DNA from: Acidobacteriota bacterium
GTDB lineage: Bacteria; Acidobacteriota; UBA6911; RPQK01; CBDAPI01
NCBI GenBank assembly: GCA_965249245.1
Contig: CBDFLV010000002.1
Coordinates: 134,057-198,056 of the forward strand
Direction of reading: 5' to 3'
DNA: 64,000 bases
Part shown: one piece after another, positions 1 to 7,965 of the stretch
Layout of the letters: the number at the start of each line of letters is the position of its first letter
Numbering within the stretch: position 1 is the stretch's first letter
Program-made: the position numbers and the translations under genes
Notes under the pieces: model-generated
Told to the model about the DNA's origin: nothing
Databases searched by the model: none
Seen by the model: only the letters and a program-made list of their open reading frames with translations

Positions 1-1608
1 GTGGCGGTAGACCTCGGAGGTTCCAATCCGGACGCCTCCCGGATTCAGGGTTGCATCGGAGCGTCCGTAGATAATCATGCCTCCATTCGAGGTCAGCCGG
101 GCCCAGTCCCCGTGACGCCAGACACCGGGAAAGTAATCGAAATAGGCCTTCTGGTACCTGGTCCCGTCCGGGTCATTCCAGAACTTCACCGGCATGGACG
201 GAAAGGCCTGCGAGCAGACCAGTTCCCCTTGCTCCCGCCCGGCTGGCTGGCCGGCCTCGTTAAAGATTTCCACCTTCATTCCCAGGCTCAGAGCCTGCAA
301 CTCGCCGCTGAACACCGCACCGATGGGATTTCCAAGAGCAAAAGAAGAGATGAGATCCGTCCCTCCGGAAATCGAGGAAAGGCAAACATCCGCCTTGATC
401 TGCCCATACACATAGTCAAAGCTGGCCGGGGCCAGGGGCGACCCGGTTGAGAGAATCGTTCGAAGGGACTGCAGATCATGCGTCCGCGACGAGTGGAGCC
501 CGCTCTTCTCGGCCAGGGACAGATATTTGGCACTGGTTCCAAACACGGTCACCTCTTCCTGCTCGACGAGATCGAAAAGAATCCCGGATGGGTGAAAGGG
601 AGCACCATCGTACAGAAGCACCGTCGCTCCCACCGCCAGGCAACTCATCAGCCAGTTCCACATCATCCAGCCACAGGTCGTGGCGTAAAAGACCCTGTCT
701 TCCCTTCTCAGGTCGGTGTTCAGAACCAGTTCCTTGAGATGCTGGATGAGTGTCCCTCCGGCGCCGTGGACCATGCACTTGGGTAAACCTGTTGTGCCCG
801 ACGAATACATGATGTAAAGGGCATGGTCGAAAGGAAGCTGCCGAAAGTCGATCTCCTCGGCCTGACCCGCAAAATCGTTCCACAGTACGGCGTCGGGAAT
901 CCTGGAAATGTCCGGGTTCTCACTCAGATACGGGACGACAACGACCTTTGAAATCTCCGGGATCTGTTCCCGGATCGACCTGACGCGCTCCAGACGATCG
1001 AACGGTTTTCCCGCATAGTGATACCCATCTGCACAGCACAGGATCCTGGGCCGGATCTGTCCGAACCGGTCGACAACTCCTTTGGCGCCGAAGTCCGGAG
1101 AGCAGGACGACCAGAGTGCCCCGAGGCTGCTGGCGCCCAGCATGGCAATGACTGTTTCGGCGATGTTGGGCATAAAGCCGCCCACCCGATCACCGATCTT
1201 GACTCCGGCCCTCTGCAGCGCCCTGGCAAAACCGGCACTTCGCTGAAACAGCTCGGAGTAGGTGAGGATCTGATGGCGGCCTGATTCGTTCCAGCCGATG
1301 ATGGCCGTGCGATCATCCCGGTAGCGGAGCAGGTTCTGTGCGAAATTGAGTCTGGCACCCGAGAACCAGCGCGCACCGGGCATCCTGGTGACATCATCAA
1401 CTACCTGATCCCAAGTTCTAGAGGCTTCTATCCCGCAGAAGTGCCAGACCTCGGGCCAGAACAGTTCAGGATAATCGATCGACCATTTGTAAAGGCTCGG
1501 ATAGTCGCGAACCGCAGGGGCAACCTGACTTATCTTCCGAATGAAGCGAGTCAGATTCGCTCGTTCGACACTCTCCGGTGACGGTTTCCAGAGGCACTTA
1601 GTACTCAA
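1..1608 (-). CDS. Acetoacetyl-CoA synthetase (AMP-forming acyl-CoA ligase); the C-terminal end runs off the window start
   Basis: Continuous minus-strand reading frame with no stop in the window, so it is absent from the ORF track. The reverse complement of 781-822 encodes ALYIMYSSGTTGLP, the AMP-binding motif. The frame continues with FWNDPDG and the N-terminal KCLWKPSPESVERANLTRFIRK, typical of acetoacetate-CoA ligase. The start is probably the TTG at 1606-1608, overlapping the stop of the upstream gene. Confidence 0.8.
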   Translation of the reverse strand, partial: MSTKCLWKPSPESVERANLTRFIRKISQVAPAVRDYPSLYKWSIDYPELFWPEVWHFCGIEASRTWDQVVDDVTRMPGARWFSGARLNFAQNLLRYRDDRTAIIGWNESGRHQILTYSELFQRSAGFARALQRAGVKIGDRVGGFMPNIAETVIAMLGASSLGALWSSCSPDFGAKGVVDRFGQIRPRILCCADGYHYAGKPFDRLERVRSIREQIPEISKVVVVPYLSENPDISRIPDAVLWNDFAGQAEEIDFRQLPFDHALYIMYSSGTTGLPKCMVHGAGGTLIQHLKELVLNTDLRREDRVFYATTCGWMMWNWLMSCLAVGATVLLYDGAPFHPSGILFDLVEQEEVTVFGTSAKYLSLAEKSGLHSSRTHDLQSLRTILSTGSPLAPASFDYVYGQIKADVCLSSISGGTDLISSFALGNPIGAVFSGELQALSLGMKVEIFNEAGQPAGREQGELVCSQAFPSMPVKFWNDPDGTRYQKAYFDYFPGVWRHGDWARLTSNGGMIIYGRSDATLNPGGVRIGTSEVYRH

Positions 1609-2759
1609 CCGACTGCCACACTCCTGATCCGATTCACCGTCTCCACCACCATTTCCAGCGCGTAGTCTATGTCCTCCTGGGTGGTCATCCGGCTCAGGCT
1701 GAAACGGATAGCACCCTGGATTCGACTGCGTCGCAGCTTCATGGCCTGAAGAACGGGGGAAGGGTCCAGTGAGCCGGAGGAACAGGCGGCCCCGGTAGAG
1801 ACCGCTATGCCCTTGAAATCCAGAGCTACCAGAAGCGCCTCACCCTCTACTTTCTCGAAGCTGATGTTGGTCGTGTGAGGCACTCGCCCGCTTCGACTCC
1901 CGTTCACAACAGAGCCGGACAGCCGTTCCAGTATCTCTTTCTCCAACCGGTCGCGAAGGTTCCCAACCCGGTTCTGCATGTCTTCGTGTGCCTCCGCAGC
2001 CAGCTCACAGGCTTCCCCGAGGCCAACGATTCCCGGAACATTCTCGGTCCCGGCCCGCCGATGGCGCTCGTGCGACCCGCCCAGCATGAAAGGTTCCATC
2101 CTCACCGAGTCACGCATATAAAGAGCTCCCACACCCATGGGGCCATGAAACTTGTGTCCCGACAAGGAGAGGAGATCGACGCCCAACTGGTTGACGTCGA
2201 CCGGAATCTTTCCGACGGACTGCACCGCGTCGGTGTGAAAAAGGATCTCCCGCTGCCGCGTGAGCCGGGCGATCTCTGCGATTGGCTGCAGGGTGCCCAC
2301 TTCGTTGTTGGCGTGCATGATCGACACCAGAACCGTGTCTTCCGAAAGCGCCGCTGCTAGATCTTCGACCCGAACGACCCCCTTTTCGCCCGCCGACAGG
2401 CAGGTGACACGGAAGCCCTTCTGTTCCAAAAACTGGCAGCTCTTCAAAACGGCCGGGTGTTCGATCCCCGAGGTGATCACGTGTCCTCTACTGCCGGCGA
2501 ACCTGCGAGCCACTCCCTCGATGGCGGCGTTGTCAGCCTCGGTTCCGCCGCAAGTAAAAATGACCTCGCGTGGCTTTGCTGAAAGAAGATCGGCAACCTG
2601 CGAGCGGGCACGCTCAACGGCCGCACGAGCGTGCTGGCCATAGGCATGAATCGAGGAAGCGTTCCCGAACTGATTCAGGAAGTACGGCTGCATCGCCTCC
2701 GCCACCCGGGGATCCGTGGGACTGGTGGCATTGTTGTCCAGATAAACGCGCCTCTCCAT
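1605..2759 (-). CDS. iscS: Cysteine desulfurase (IscS/NifS family, PLP-dependent)
   Basis: 384-aa ORF containing SGHKFHGP (the PLP-lysine motif) and the C-terminal ACSSGS segment with the active-site cysteine. Confidence 0.9.
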   Translation of the reverse strand: MERRVYLDNNATSPTDPRVAEAMQPYFLNQFGNASSIHAYGQHARAAVERARSQVADLLSAKPREVIFTCGGTEADNAAIEGVARRFAGSRGHVITSGIEHPAVLKSCQFLEQKGFRVTCLSAGEKGVVRVEDLAAALSEDTVLVSIMHANNEVGTLQPIAEIARLTRQREILFHTDAVQSVGKIPVDVNQLGVDLLSLSGHKFHGPMGVGALYMRDSVRMEPFMLGGSHERHRRAGTENVPGIVGLGEACELAAEAHEDMQNRVGNLRDRLEKEILERLSGSVVNGSRSGRVPHTTNISFEKVEGEALLVALDFKGIAVSTGAACSSGSLDPSPVLQAMKLRRSRIQGAIRFSLSRMTTQEDIDYALEMVVETVNRIRSVAVG

Positions 2760-2767
2760 CTCAGTTG

Positions 2768-2810
2768 GTTCCTGGTTATTGGTTATTGGTTACCGGTTCT
2801 GGTTCTTGTT
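2768..2810. repeat. Tandem heptamer array (GGTTATT/GGTTACC/GGTTCTT units)
   Basis: ggttattggttattggttaccggttctggttcttg, seen directly in the divergent region between the iscS start and hsp20. Confidence 0.8.
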
Positions 2811-3042
2811 TCAGCGAGAATACTACCACCTCCAAAGAAGTGTTCCACGTTTCACGGTCCACCTGGCTTCCGGGACACAACGGTAATGCAGTCCTGTTGG
2901 ACCGGGGAAACCGGGAACCATGGACCGAGCCTGACTTGACTGCCCCCAATCGGGATCTTAAATAGAGGTTGCAGCGACGATAGAGTTGGCTGCCTGAAAA
3001 AAATCATGACATTGAATGAAATAAGAAGGAGAAAGTAAGGAA

Positions 3043-3483
3043 ATGACCCTAATGAGAATGGATCCATTTCAAGACCTGCGAGCGTGGAACAATACTTTCG
3101 ATCGTTTCTTCGGGAATCGCGTCGGCCGTGTCGTCGACGAGGACACACATGTGACCCGCTGGTCACCGACGGTCGATGTCTCCGAAACTCCGAACGAGAT
3201 CACTTTTTCGGTCGAGTTGCCGGGGTTTGCCAAGGATGAGATTGACATCTCTCTCGAGGAGAACGTCCTCAGCATCAGTGGTGAGAGGAAGTTCGAGAAC
3301 GAAGAGAGTCGAGATTTCCATCGAGTCGAGCGCTGGTACGGGAGTTTCGGCCGCAGTTTCAAGCTGCCCGCCACGGTGGACAGTTCCAAGATCGACGCCG
3401 GCCTCAAGGATGGCCTGCTGACGATTCACCTCCCCAAGGTTGAGGAAGCGAAACCGCGCCAGATCCCTGTGACAGTCAGTTAA
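3043..3483 (+). CDS. Hsp20/alpha-crystallin family small heat-shock protein
   Basis: 146-aa ORF with alpha-crystallin domain signatures (ITFSVELPGF...GLLTIHLPK). An AAGGAG ribosome-binding site lies upstream. Confidence 0.9.
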   Translation: MTLMRMDPFQDLRAWNNTFDRFFGNRVGRVVDEDTHVTRWSPTVDVSETPNEITFSVELPGFAKDEIDISLEENVLSISGERKFENEESRDFHRVERWYGSFGRSFKLPATVDSSKIDAGLKDGLLTIHLPKVEEAKPRQIPVTVS

Positions 3484-3512
3484 GTACTCACCCTGGTGAG
3501 ACTCTCACCATA

Positions 3513-3545
3513 GAGGGGCGGCCCTGGTGCCGCCCTTTTCTATTT
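3513..3545 (+). terminator. Rho-independent terminator downstream of hsp20
   Basis: GGGCGGCcctggtGCCGCCC hairpin followed by TTTTCTATTTC. Confidence 0.6.
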
Positions 3546-3629
3546 CTGGCAGACGGCGATCACGTCGACTCCCCTGGGCAGCCTTGACACCTCGATGGTA
3601 CTCCGGGCCGGCCGGGAGTCGCCAAAGTA

Positions 3630-3662
3630 AACTTTTAACCTTCAACCTTCAACCTTCAACCC
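3630..3662. repeat. Tandem heptamer array (CCTTCAA x3, the reverse complement of GGTTGAA)
   Basis: aaccttcaaccttcaaccttcaaccc, abutting the left end of the IS element. Confidence 0.8.
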
Positions 3663-5038
3663 TAGCAGCCCGTGGCAGAAGTGCTTAATTGGGTCCGGAC
3701 ACCACCTGGAAAGGGCCCGATTGAAAGTTTTCCAATCAAACCTTCAAAGAAAGTGCTGATCCGTCTCCTCAGGCCCTTCCTCAGCCCGAAAAAGGCTAAC
3801 AAAGCGCAAAGAATCCGGGCGTGGAGGGCCCGGGGAGTCCCTGCGCCGAGTTTCTGGCGCATCACCATACCCAGGTTGAACGCACCGGCCTGAATCAGCA
3901 GTCTCTTGGCCACATTGTCGTGTCCCCTGACCTCGGTGCGGCGCATCCCCCCTGTCCGGTACAGATGAGCAAAGGATCTTTCCAGTTTTTCGCCCCGCCG
4001 TCTCAGTAACTCGCGGCCTCGCTCTCCCCGTATCCGTCTGCGGTTGGCATAGGTGGCATCTCGCCCCTCGATGTTGCCTTTCCACTTGCGTCTGCCCCGC
4101 TTCGGTTCCGAGATGTAACTGCGTATCTGCAGCGCTGCAAAATCCTTTACCGTCTCGGTGCTGTGATATCCCTTGTCGGCCACCACCTCGGCCATTTCCT
4201 TTTTTTGCCCCGTCGCCTCTTCAATGTTTTCGGCAGCACGAATCAGCGTCTCCTTCAGGGTCGTCGTGTCTCCTTTATCGGCTCCCTGTACCGTGACCGC
4301 CACAATCGCTCCCGTCTCCATGTCGATGGCATGCTCGGCCTTGTGGGCCAGGTGCGTTCGCCCGTCCTTCATCTTCGTAATGCGAGCGTCCGGATCGTGA
4401 GGATGTTTCCACTCTTTGTTGGAGCCTTTCTTCTTGCGTTTCCGGTCCGTACGAACCAGGTCTTCGCGGGTGGGCGTCTCGATTCCGGAAGCCTGAGCCA
4501 ATCCGGTTAAAAACTGGTTATAGTCTTCTCCCGTATCCCGTCGGATGATGGTGCGCATCGCCGCATTGGCTTCCAGCGTCGTCGCGTCGATCCCGATCGT
4601 CTTTCCCTTCAGCAGTTCCGATTCCGCCAGTCGCTCCAGCACCCAGCTGAACACCGCCGCATGGGTCTGCACATCGATTAATCTCCGGGTTCTCGATATC
4701 GTCGAGTGATCGGGTGGTGTCTCGCTCACTTTCAATCCCAAAAACTCTCTCAGGGCCAGTGAATCGGCCACTCTCCAGGCAATCCCTCGCTCCGCTCCGA
4801 TCCCTTCAAAATACCCCACCATCAACAGCCGAAAATACACTCCCGGCGCCACGCTCGGCCGCCCCATCTTCTCCGCGTAGAACTTCCCGCACAGCTCCTC
4901 TACGAAATCGTCAAAGCCGTGCTCACTCAATACCTCGTTGAGGGCTTCGTAGAATGGATGCCCAGGACTCCGCGCTAACTGGCTGCTGGCCACCCACAGA
5001 TCCGCTTGTCGCCGTCGCTTCTTCTTTCCCATTGCCAT
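3662..5038 (-). CDS. IS1182-family (IS5 superfamily) DDE transposase
   Basis: 458 aa with an N-terminal DUF772-like region, GIDATTLEANAAM, and a DDE region with ADKGYHS. Confidence 0.8.
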   Translation of the reverse strand: MAMGKKKRRRQADLWVASSQLARSPGHPFYEALNEVLSEHGFDDFVEELCGKFYAEKMGRPSVAPGVYFRLLMVGYFEGIGAERGIAWRVADSLALREFLGLKVSETPPDHSTISRTRRLIDVQTHAAVFSWVLERLAESELLKGKTIGIDATTLEANAAMRTIIRRDTGEDYNQFLTGLAQASGIETPTREDLVRTDRKRKKKGSNKEWKHPHDPDARITKMKDGRTHLAHKAEHAIDMETGAIVAVTVQGADKGDTTTLKETLIRAAENIEEATGQKKEMAEVVADKGYHSTETVKDFAALQIRSYISEPKRGRRKWKGNIEGRDATYANRRRIRGERGRELLRRRGEKLERSFAHLYRTGGMRRTEVRGHDNVAKRLLIQAGAFNLGMVMRQKLGAGTPRALHARILCALLAFFGLRKGLRRRISTFFEGLIGKLSIGPFPGGVRTQLSTSATGC

Positions 5039-5097
5039 GGGACCAGTGTAGTGTCTGAATGTGACCCCTACCCTCGACTTTCACCACAGGCTGCTAG
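3662..5097 (-). mobile_element. IS1182/IS5-like insertion sequence, about 1.44 kb
   Basis: Imperfect terminal inverted repeats CTAGCAGCCCGTGG (3662-3675) and CCACAGGCTGCTAG (5084-5097). Carries a single transposase gene and lies 66 bp from tRNA-Phe. Confidence 0.75.
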
Positions 5098-5162
5098 CCA
5101 CCCGTCACCCCCAGAGTTTGCACGCTCAAAATGATGCGGGTAGAATACAATTCTTTCTCACT

Positions 5163-5235
5163 GCCGGGGTAGCTCAGTCGGTAGAGCAGGGGACTGAAAA
5201 TCCCCGTGTCGGCGGTTCAATTCCGTCCCCCGGCA
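5163..5235 (+). tRNA. tRNA-Phe (anticodon GAA)
   Basis: GCCGGGGTAGCTCAGTCGGTAGAGCAGGGGACTGAAAATCCCC...CCCCGGCA forms a cloverleaf. The anticodon loop CTGAAAA gives anticodon GAA. CCA is not encoded. Confidence 0.9.
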
Positions 5236-5247
5236 CTCCTTATCTCT

Positions 5248-5832
5248 ATGCCCGAACCAGCATCTCGACTCCCCCGATCTTTCTTTGACCGCCCCACCCT
5301 GGAGGTAGCTTCCGATGTGCTGGGCAAGCGTCTGGTCAAGCTCGAGTCCGCCGGCCGGCTGTCAGGCATCATCACTGAGGTGGAAGCCTACATTGGCTCC
5401 GAGGATCAGGCCTGCCACGCCCGCTTTGGGAAGACCAGGCGAAACCGGATCATATGGGGCCCACCCGGCTTCGCCTACATCTATTTCATCTACGGTATGC
5501 ACTGGCTTCTGAACTTCGTGGTGGAGCGGGATCACTTCGCCGCGGCCGTGCTGGTGCGCTCGGTAATGGCGGTGGACGGTCTCGACACCATGCTGCAGCG
5601 ACGAAGTGGCCGCATTCGCAATCTCACCGATGGGCCTGCCAAGGTGTGCCAGGCCTTCGACTTGACTGGAGATGAGAACGGTCTCGACGTCTGTGCGCCG
5701 GAATCGACTCTGTACCTGGAAGAGGGAATCGAGGTGGACTCGGAGAGCATTGAAGCGACGCCCAGGATCGGAATCGACTCCGTTCCCGAACCCTGGAAGA
5801 GCATCCCCTGGCGTTTCAACTGTCGGGTGTGA
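5248..5832 (+). CDS. mpg: DNA-3-methyladenine glycosylase (Mpg/AAG family)
   Basis: FFDRPTLEVASDVLGKRLV...GIITEVEAYIG..DQACHARFGKTRRN...IYFIYGMHWLLN matches the PF02245 pattern. The start is taken at MPEPAS; the ORF-track start lies further upstream. Confidence 0.85.
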   Translation: MPEPASRLPRSFFDRPTLEVASDVLGKRLVKLESAGRLSGIITEVEAYIGSEDQACHARFGKTRRNRIIWGPPGFAYIYFIYGMHWLLNFVVERDHFAAAVLVRSVMAVDGLDTMLQRRSGRIRNLTDGPAKVCQAFDLTGDENGLDVCAPESTLYLEEGIEVDSESIEATPRIGIDSVPEPWKSIPWRFNCRV

Positions 5833-5835
5833 CGG

Positions 5836-5928
5836 GTTGCTGGTTGCTGGTTACTGGTTACTGGTTACTGGTTACTGGTTACTGGTTACTGGTTACTGGT
5901 TGAAAGTTGAAAGTTGAAGGTTGAAGGT
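5836..5928. repeat. Tandem heptamer array (CTGGTTA x7 then GTTGAAA/GTTGAAG units)
   Basis: ctggttgctggttactggttactggttactggttactggttactggttactggttgaaagttgaaagttgaaggttgaagg. Confidence 0.85.
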
Positions 5929-5937
5929 TCGTGGGCT

Positions 5938-6405
5938 GTGGAAGGTGGACTCCGATCACTTCGAACCGGGGGACAAACCGGTGTGGATCGGGCGGTGCTG
6001 GACGCGGCACTGGCGTCGGGCCTGGAGGTCACGGGCTGGTGCCCGAAGGGGCGAAGAGCCGAGGACGGCCCCCTGCATCACCGCTATCCTCTCGAAGAGA
6101 CACCTTCTGCAGATTACGCCCAGCGCACGGAGTGGAACGTGCGCGATTCGGATGGCACGCTGGCTCTCCTTCGCGACAAGTTGGATACCGGCACGGAACT
6201 CACCATCCGTCAGGCCAATCGGCAGTCCCGTCCGCTGCTGCTCATCGACCTGGAGGACCCCCTCGATGCCGCCACGGTCCAGGACTGGATCCGACGTTCG
6301 GGAGTTCAGCACCTGAACATAGCAGGACCGCGAGAAAGCCAGTCTCCTGGCATTTACGAAGCAGCTCGGCCTTTTCTGGAGAAGCTGTTCGTCCACCTTT
6401 TTTAG
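5938..6405 (+). CDS. SLOG-fold YpsA-like protein (family previously annotated as a putative molybdenum carrier protein)
   Basis: TGGQTGVDRAVLDAALASGLEVTGWCPKGRRAEDG matches the PF12694-type signature. The start is uncertain: the ORF-track TTG start lies inside the heptamer array, and the GTG at 5938 is preferred. Confidence 0.55.
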   Translation: MEGGLRSLRTGGQTGVDRAVLDAALASGLEVTGWCPKGRRAEDGPLHHRYPLEETPSADYAQRTEWNVRDSDGTLALLRDKLDTGTELTIRQANRQSRPLLLIDLEDPLDAATVQDWIRRSGVQHLNIAGPRESQSPGIYEAARPFLEKLFVHLF

Positions 6406-6435
6406 AACTTTCCCAGCTCCCCTCCATCTAAGTGA

Positions 6436-6618
6436 CTAGCCCGCATAATTCATAGGGTGCCGAAGCGAAGAGTCGCAAAGTCCGCGCTGGCAAGGCTTTA
6501 CGCGCGAGGGCCCCGCAGGCATAGTCGTGCACTATGCCGAGGAGCCCGAGTGGGGGTAACGCAGCCAGCGCGAGGCTTGGCGGCTCTGCAGCCGGCAGTT
6601 TATGAATTATGCGGGCTA
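6436..6618. repeat. MITE-like or structured-RNA-like repeat element, copy A (about 183 bp)
   Basis: Perfect 18-bp terminal inverted repeats TAGCCCGCATAATTCATA / TATGAATTATGCGGGCTA. The GC-rich core is about 80% identical to the second copy at 40790-40976 and contains the hairpin GGCATAGtcgtgcaCTATGCC and the inverted pair GCGCTGGC...GCCAGCGC. Confidence 0.7.
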
Positions 6619-6939
6619 GGGACCAGGCGATGTCCCGGGAAGCTGGCAGTGATTGCGAACGACTTCGGTTACAAGCGACCGGAGTCTGGCTCGAGAGGTG
6701 GGACAATGAAGAACGAAGCGAACAACGACCGAAAACTGCTCCCTTCGAAAGACTTGAGAAAGCCGCCCAGCTGGACGTTATCCAAGTCGGACCGGCGATT
6801 TCTCCACTCCTGCAACATCTCTCCCTGAGGTTACAGGTTGAAGGTTGATCGGAGACTTTCCGGGTCCCGGGGGAGGAGAGTTCAAAGTACCAGGTCCGAG
6901 ATCTCAGACCTGGACGAGAAACTTTCAACTTTTAGCGCG

Positions 6940-7698
6940 TCAAGAGGGAGTTCCCACAATCTCAATCTGGGCAATCGTGATGTTGTCCAGGCCGCCCCGG
7001 CGATTGGCTTCGGCCACCAGCTCGTTTCCGGCCTGTGCCAGGGCGTTTTCTTTGAGCAGGGTTTCGATCTCATCGTCCGCGAGTGCATCCGACAAGCCGT
7101 CGGTACAGATGAGCAACCGGTCCTCGGCAGCAACCTGCACCTCAAAGACGTCGGGGTCAATCGTTTTAGTGATTCCCAGGGAGCGTTCCAGGAGGTTCTT
7201 TTGCGGGTGCTGGCGAATCTGGTCTTTGGTCAGTTCTCCCTGCTGGTAAAGCTTGTAGACCGGGGAGTGATCGTCGGTCACCTGGGAGATCGACCCGTCG
7301 TGAAGATGGTAGATGCGGCTGTCCCCCAGGTGAAGCACCCAGATTTCACCGTGTTCCCTTGAAATCCACACGACACTGACCGTCGTTCCCATTCCTCTCA
7401 TGACGGGGTTTTCCATCTGCTCCCTGAGGATCCTCTGGTTAGCAAGTTCGAGGCACTCCCTGAGGAATTCCCGGACCGGCCCTCTGGCCTTCTCGATTTC
7501 CTCGGTGATGGTCCGAGACGCAATCGCGCTGGCCACTTCACCTGCGGCGTGGCCTCCCAGGCCATCACAGACTCCAAAGAGACCGGATTCGGGAGCATCG
7601 ATGAGTGCATCCTCGTTATTCTGACGAACCCTCCCCACATCAGTGATGGAATGGCTTCGAAACTGAAAAGGTCCGCAACGGCAGGTGGGGAGACTCAT
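6940..7698 (-). CDS. PP2C-family Ser/Thr protein phosphatase
   Basis: 252 aa with GVCDGLGGHAAGEVAS, the TDGLSD metal-binding motif and GGLDNIT. Confidence 0.85.
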   Translation of the reverse strand: MSLPTCRCGPFQFRSHSITDVGRVRQNNEDALIDAPESGLFGVCDGLGGHAAGEVASAIASRTITEEIEKARGPVREFLRECLELANQRILREQMENPVMRGMGTTVSVVWISREHGEIWVLHLGDSRIYHLHDGSISQVTDDHSPVYKLYQQGELTKDQIRQHPQKNLLERSLGITKTIDPDVFEVQVAAEDRLLICTDGLSDALADDEIETLLKENALAQAGNELVAEANRRGGLDNITIAQIEIVGTPS

Positions 7699-7965
7699 TC
7701 TTCTCTCACTCGATCACGAATGAGCTGCACTAGTCCCAAAATAAGCGTGTTTGCACATCATCTACTGTAGCGACTCGTTTTGCCAAGATCGGTTGCTCAT
7801 TTGAGGTTCAATCAGACTTGCGCCGGACTCCGGCTGTGCCGGGAAGCAGTTTGGTTGACCTCAGGCCGCCACGACGCGTTGACAATGGCCCTGAAAGTCG
7901 GTTTTCAGACAGACCCCTCCCCGATCGGCTCCATTTGTCGTCTTGTCGAAGCGGCTTGCGATTCG

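Noticed and set aside
5061-5288. 75-aa plus-strand ORF.
   Set aside because: It spans the right end of the IS1182-like element and the whole tRNA-Phe, so it is non-coding.
6428-6928. Overlapping ORFs on both strands (166 aa minus-strand, 123 aa and 79 aa plus-strand).
   Set aside because: They cover copy A of the MITE-like element. The identical repeat core at 40790-40976 is in a different coding context, so these ORFs are incidental.
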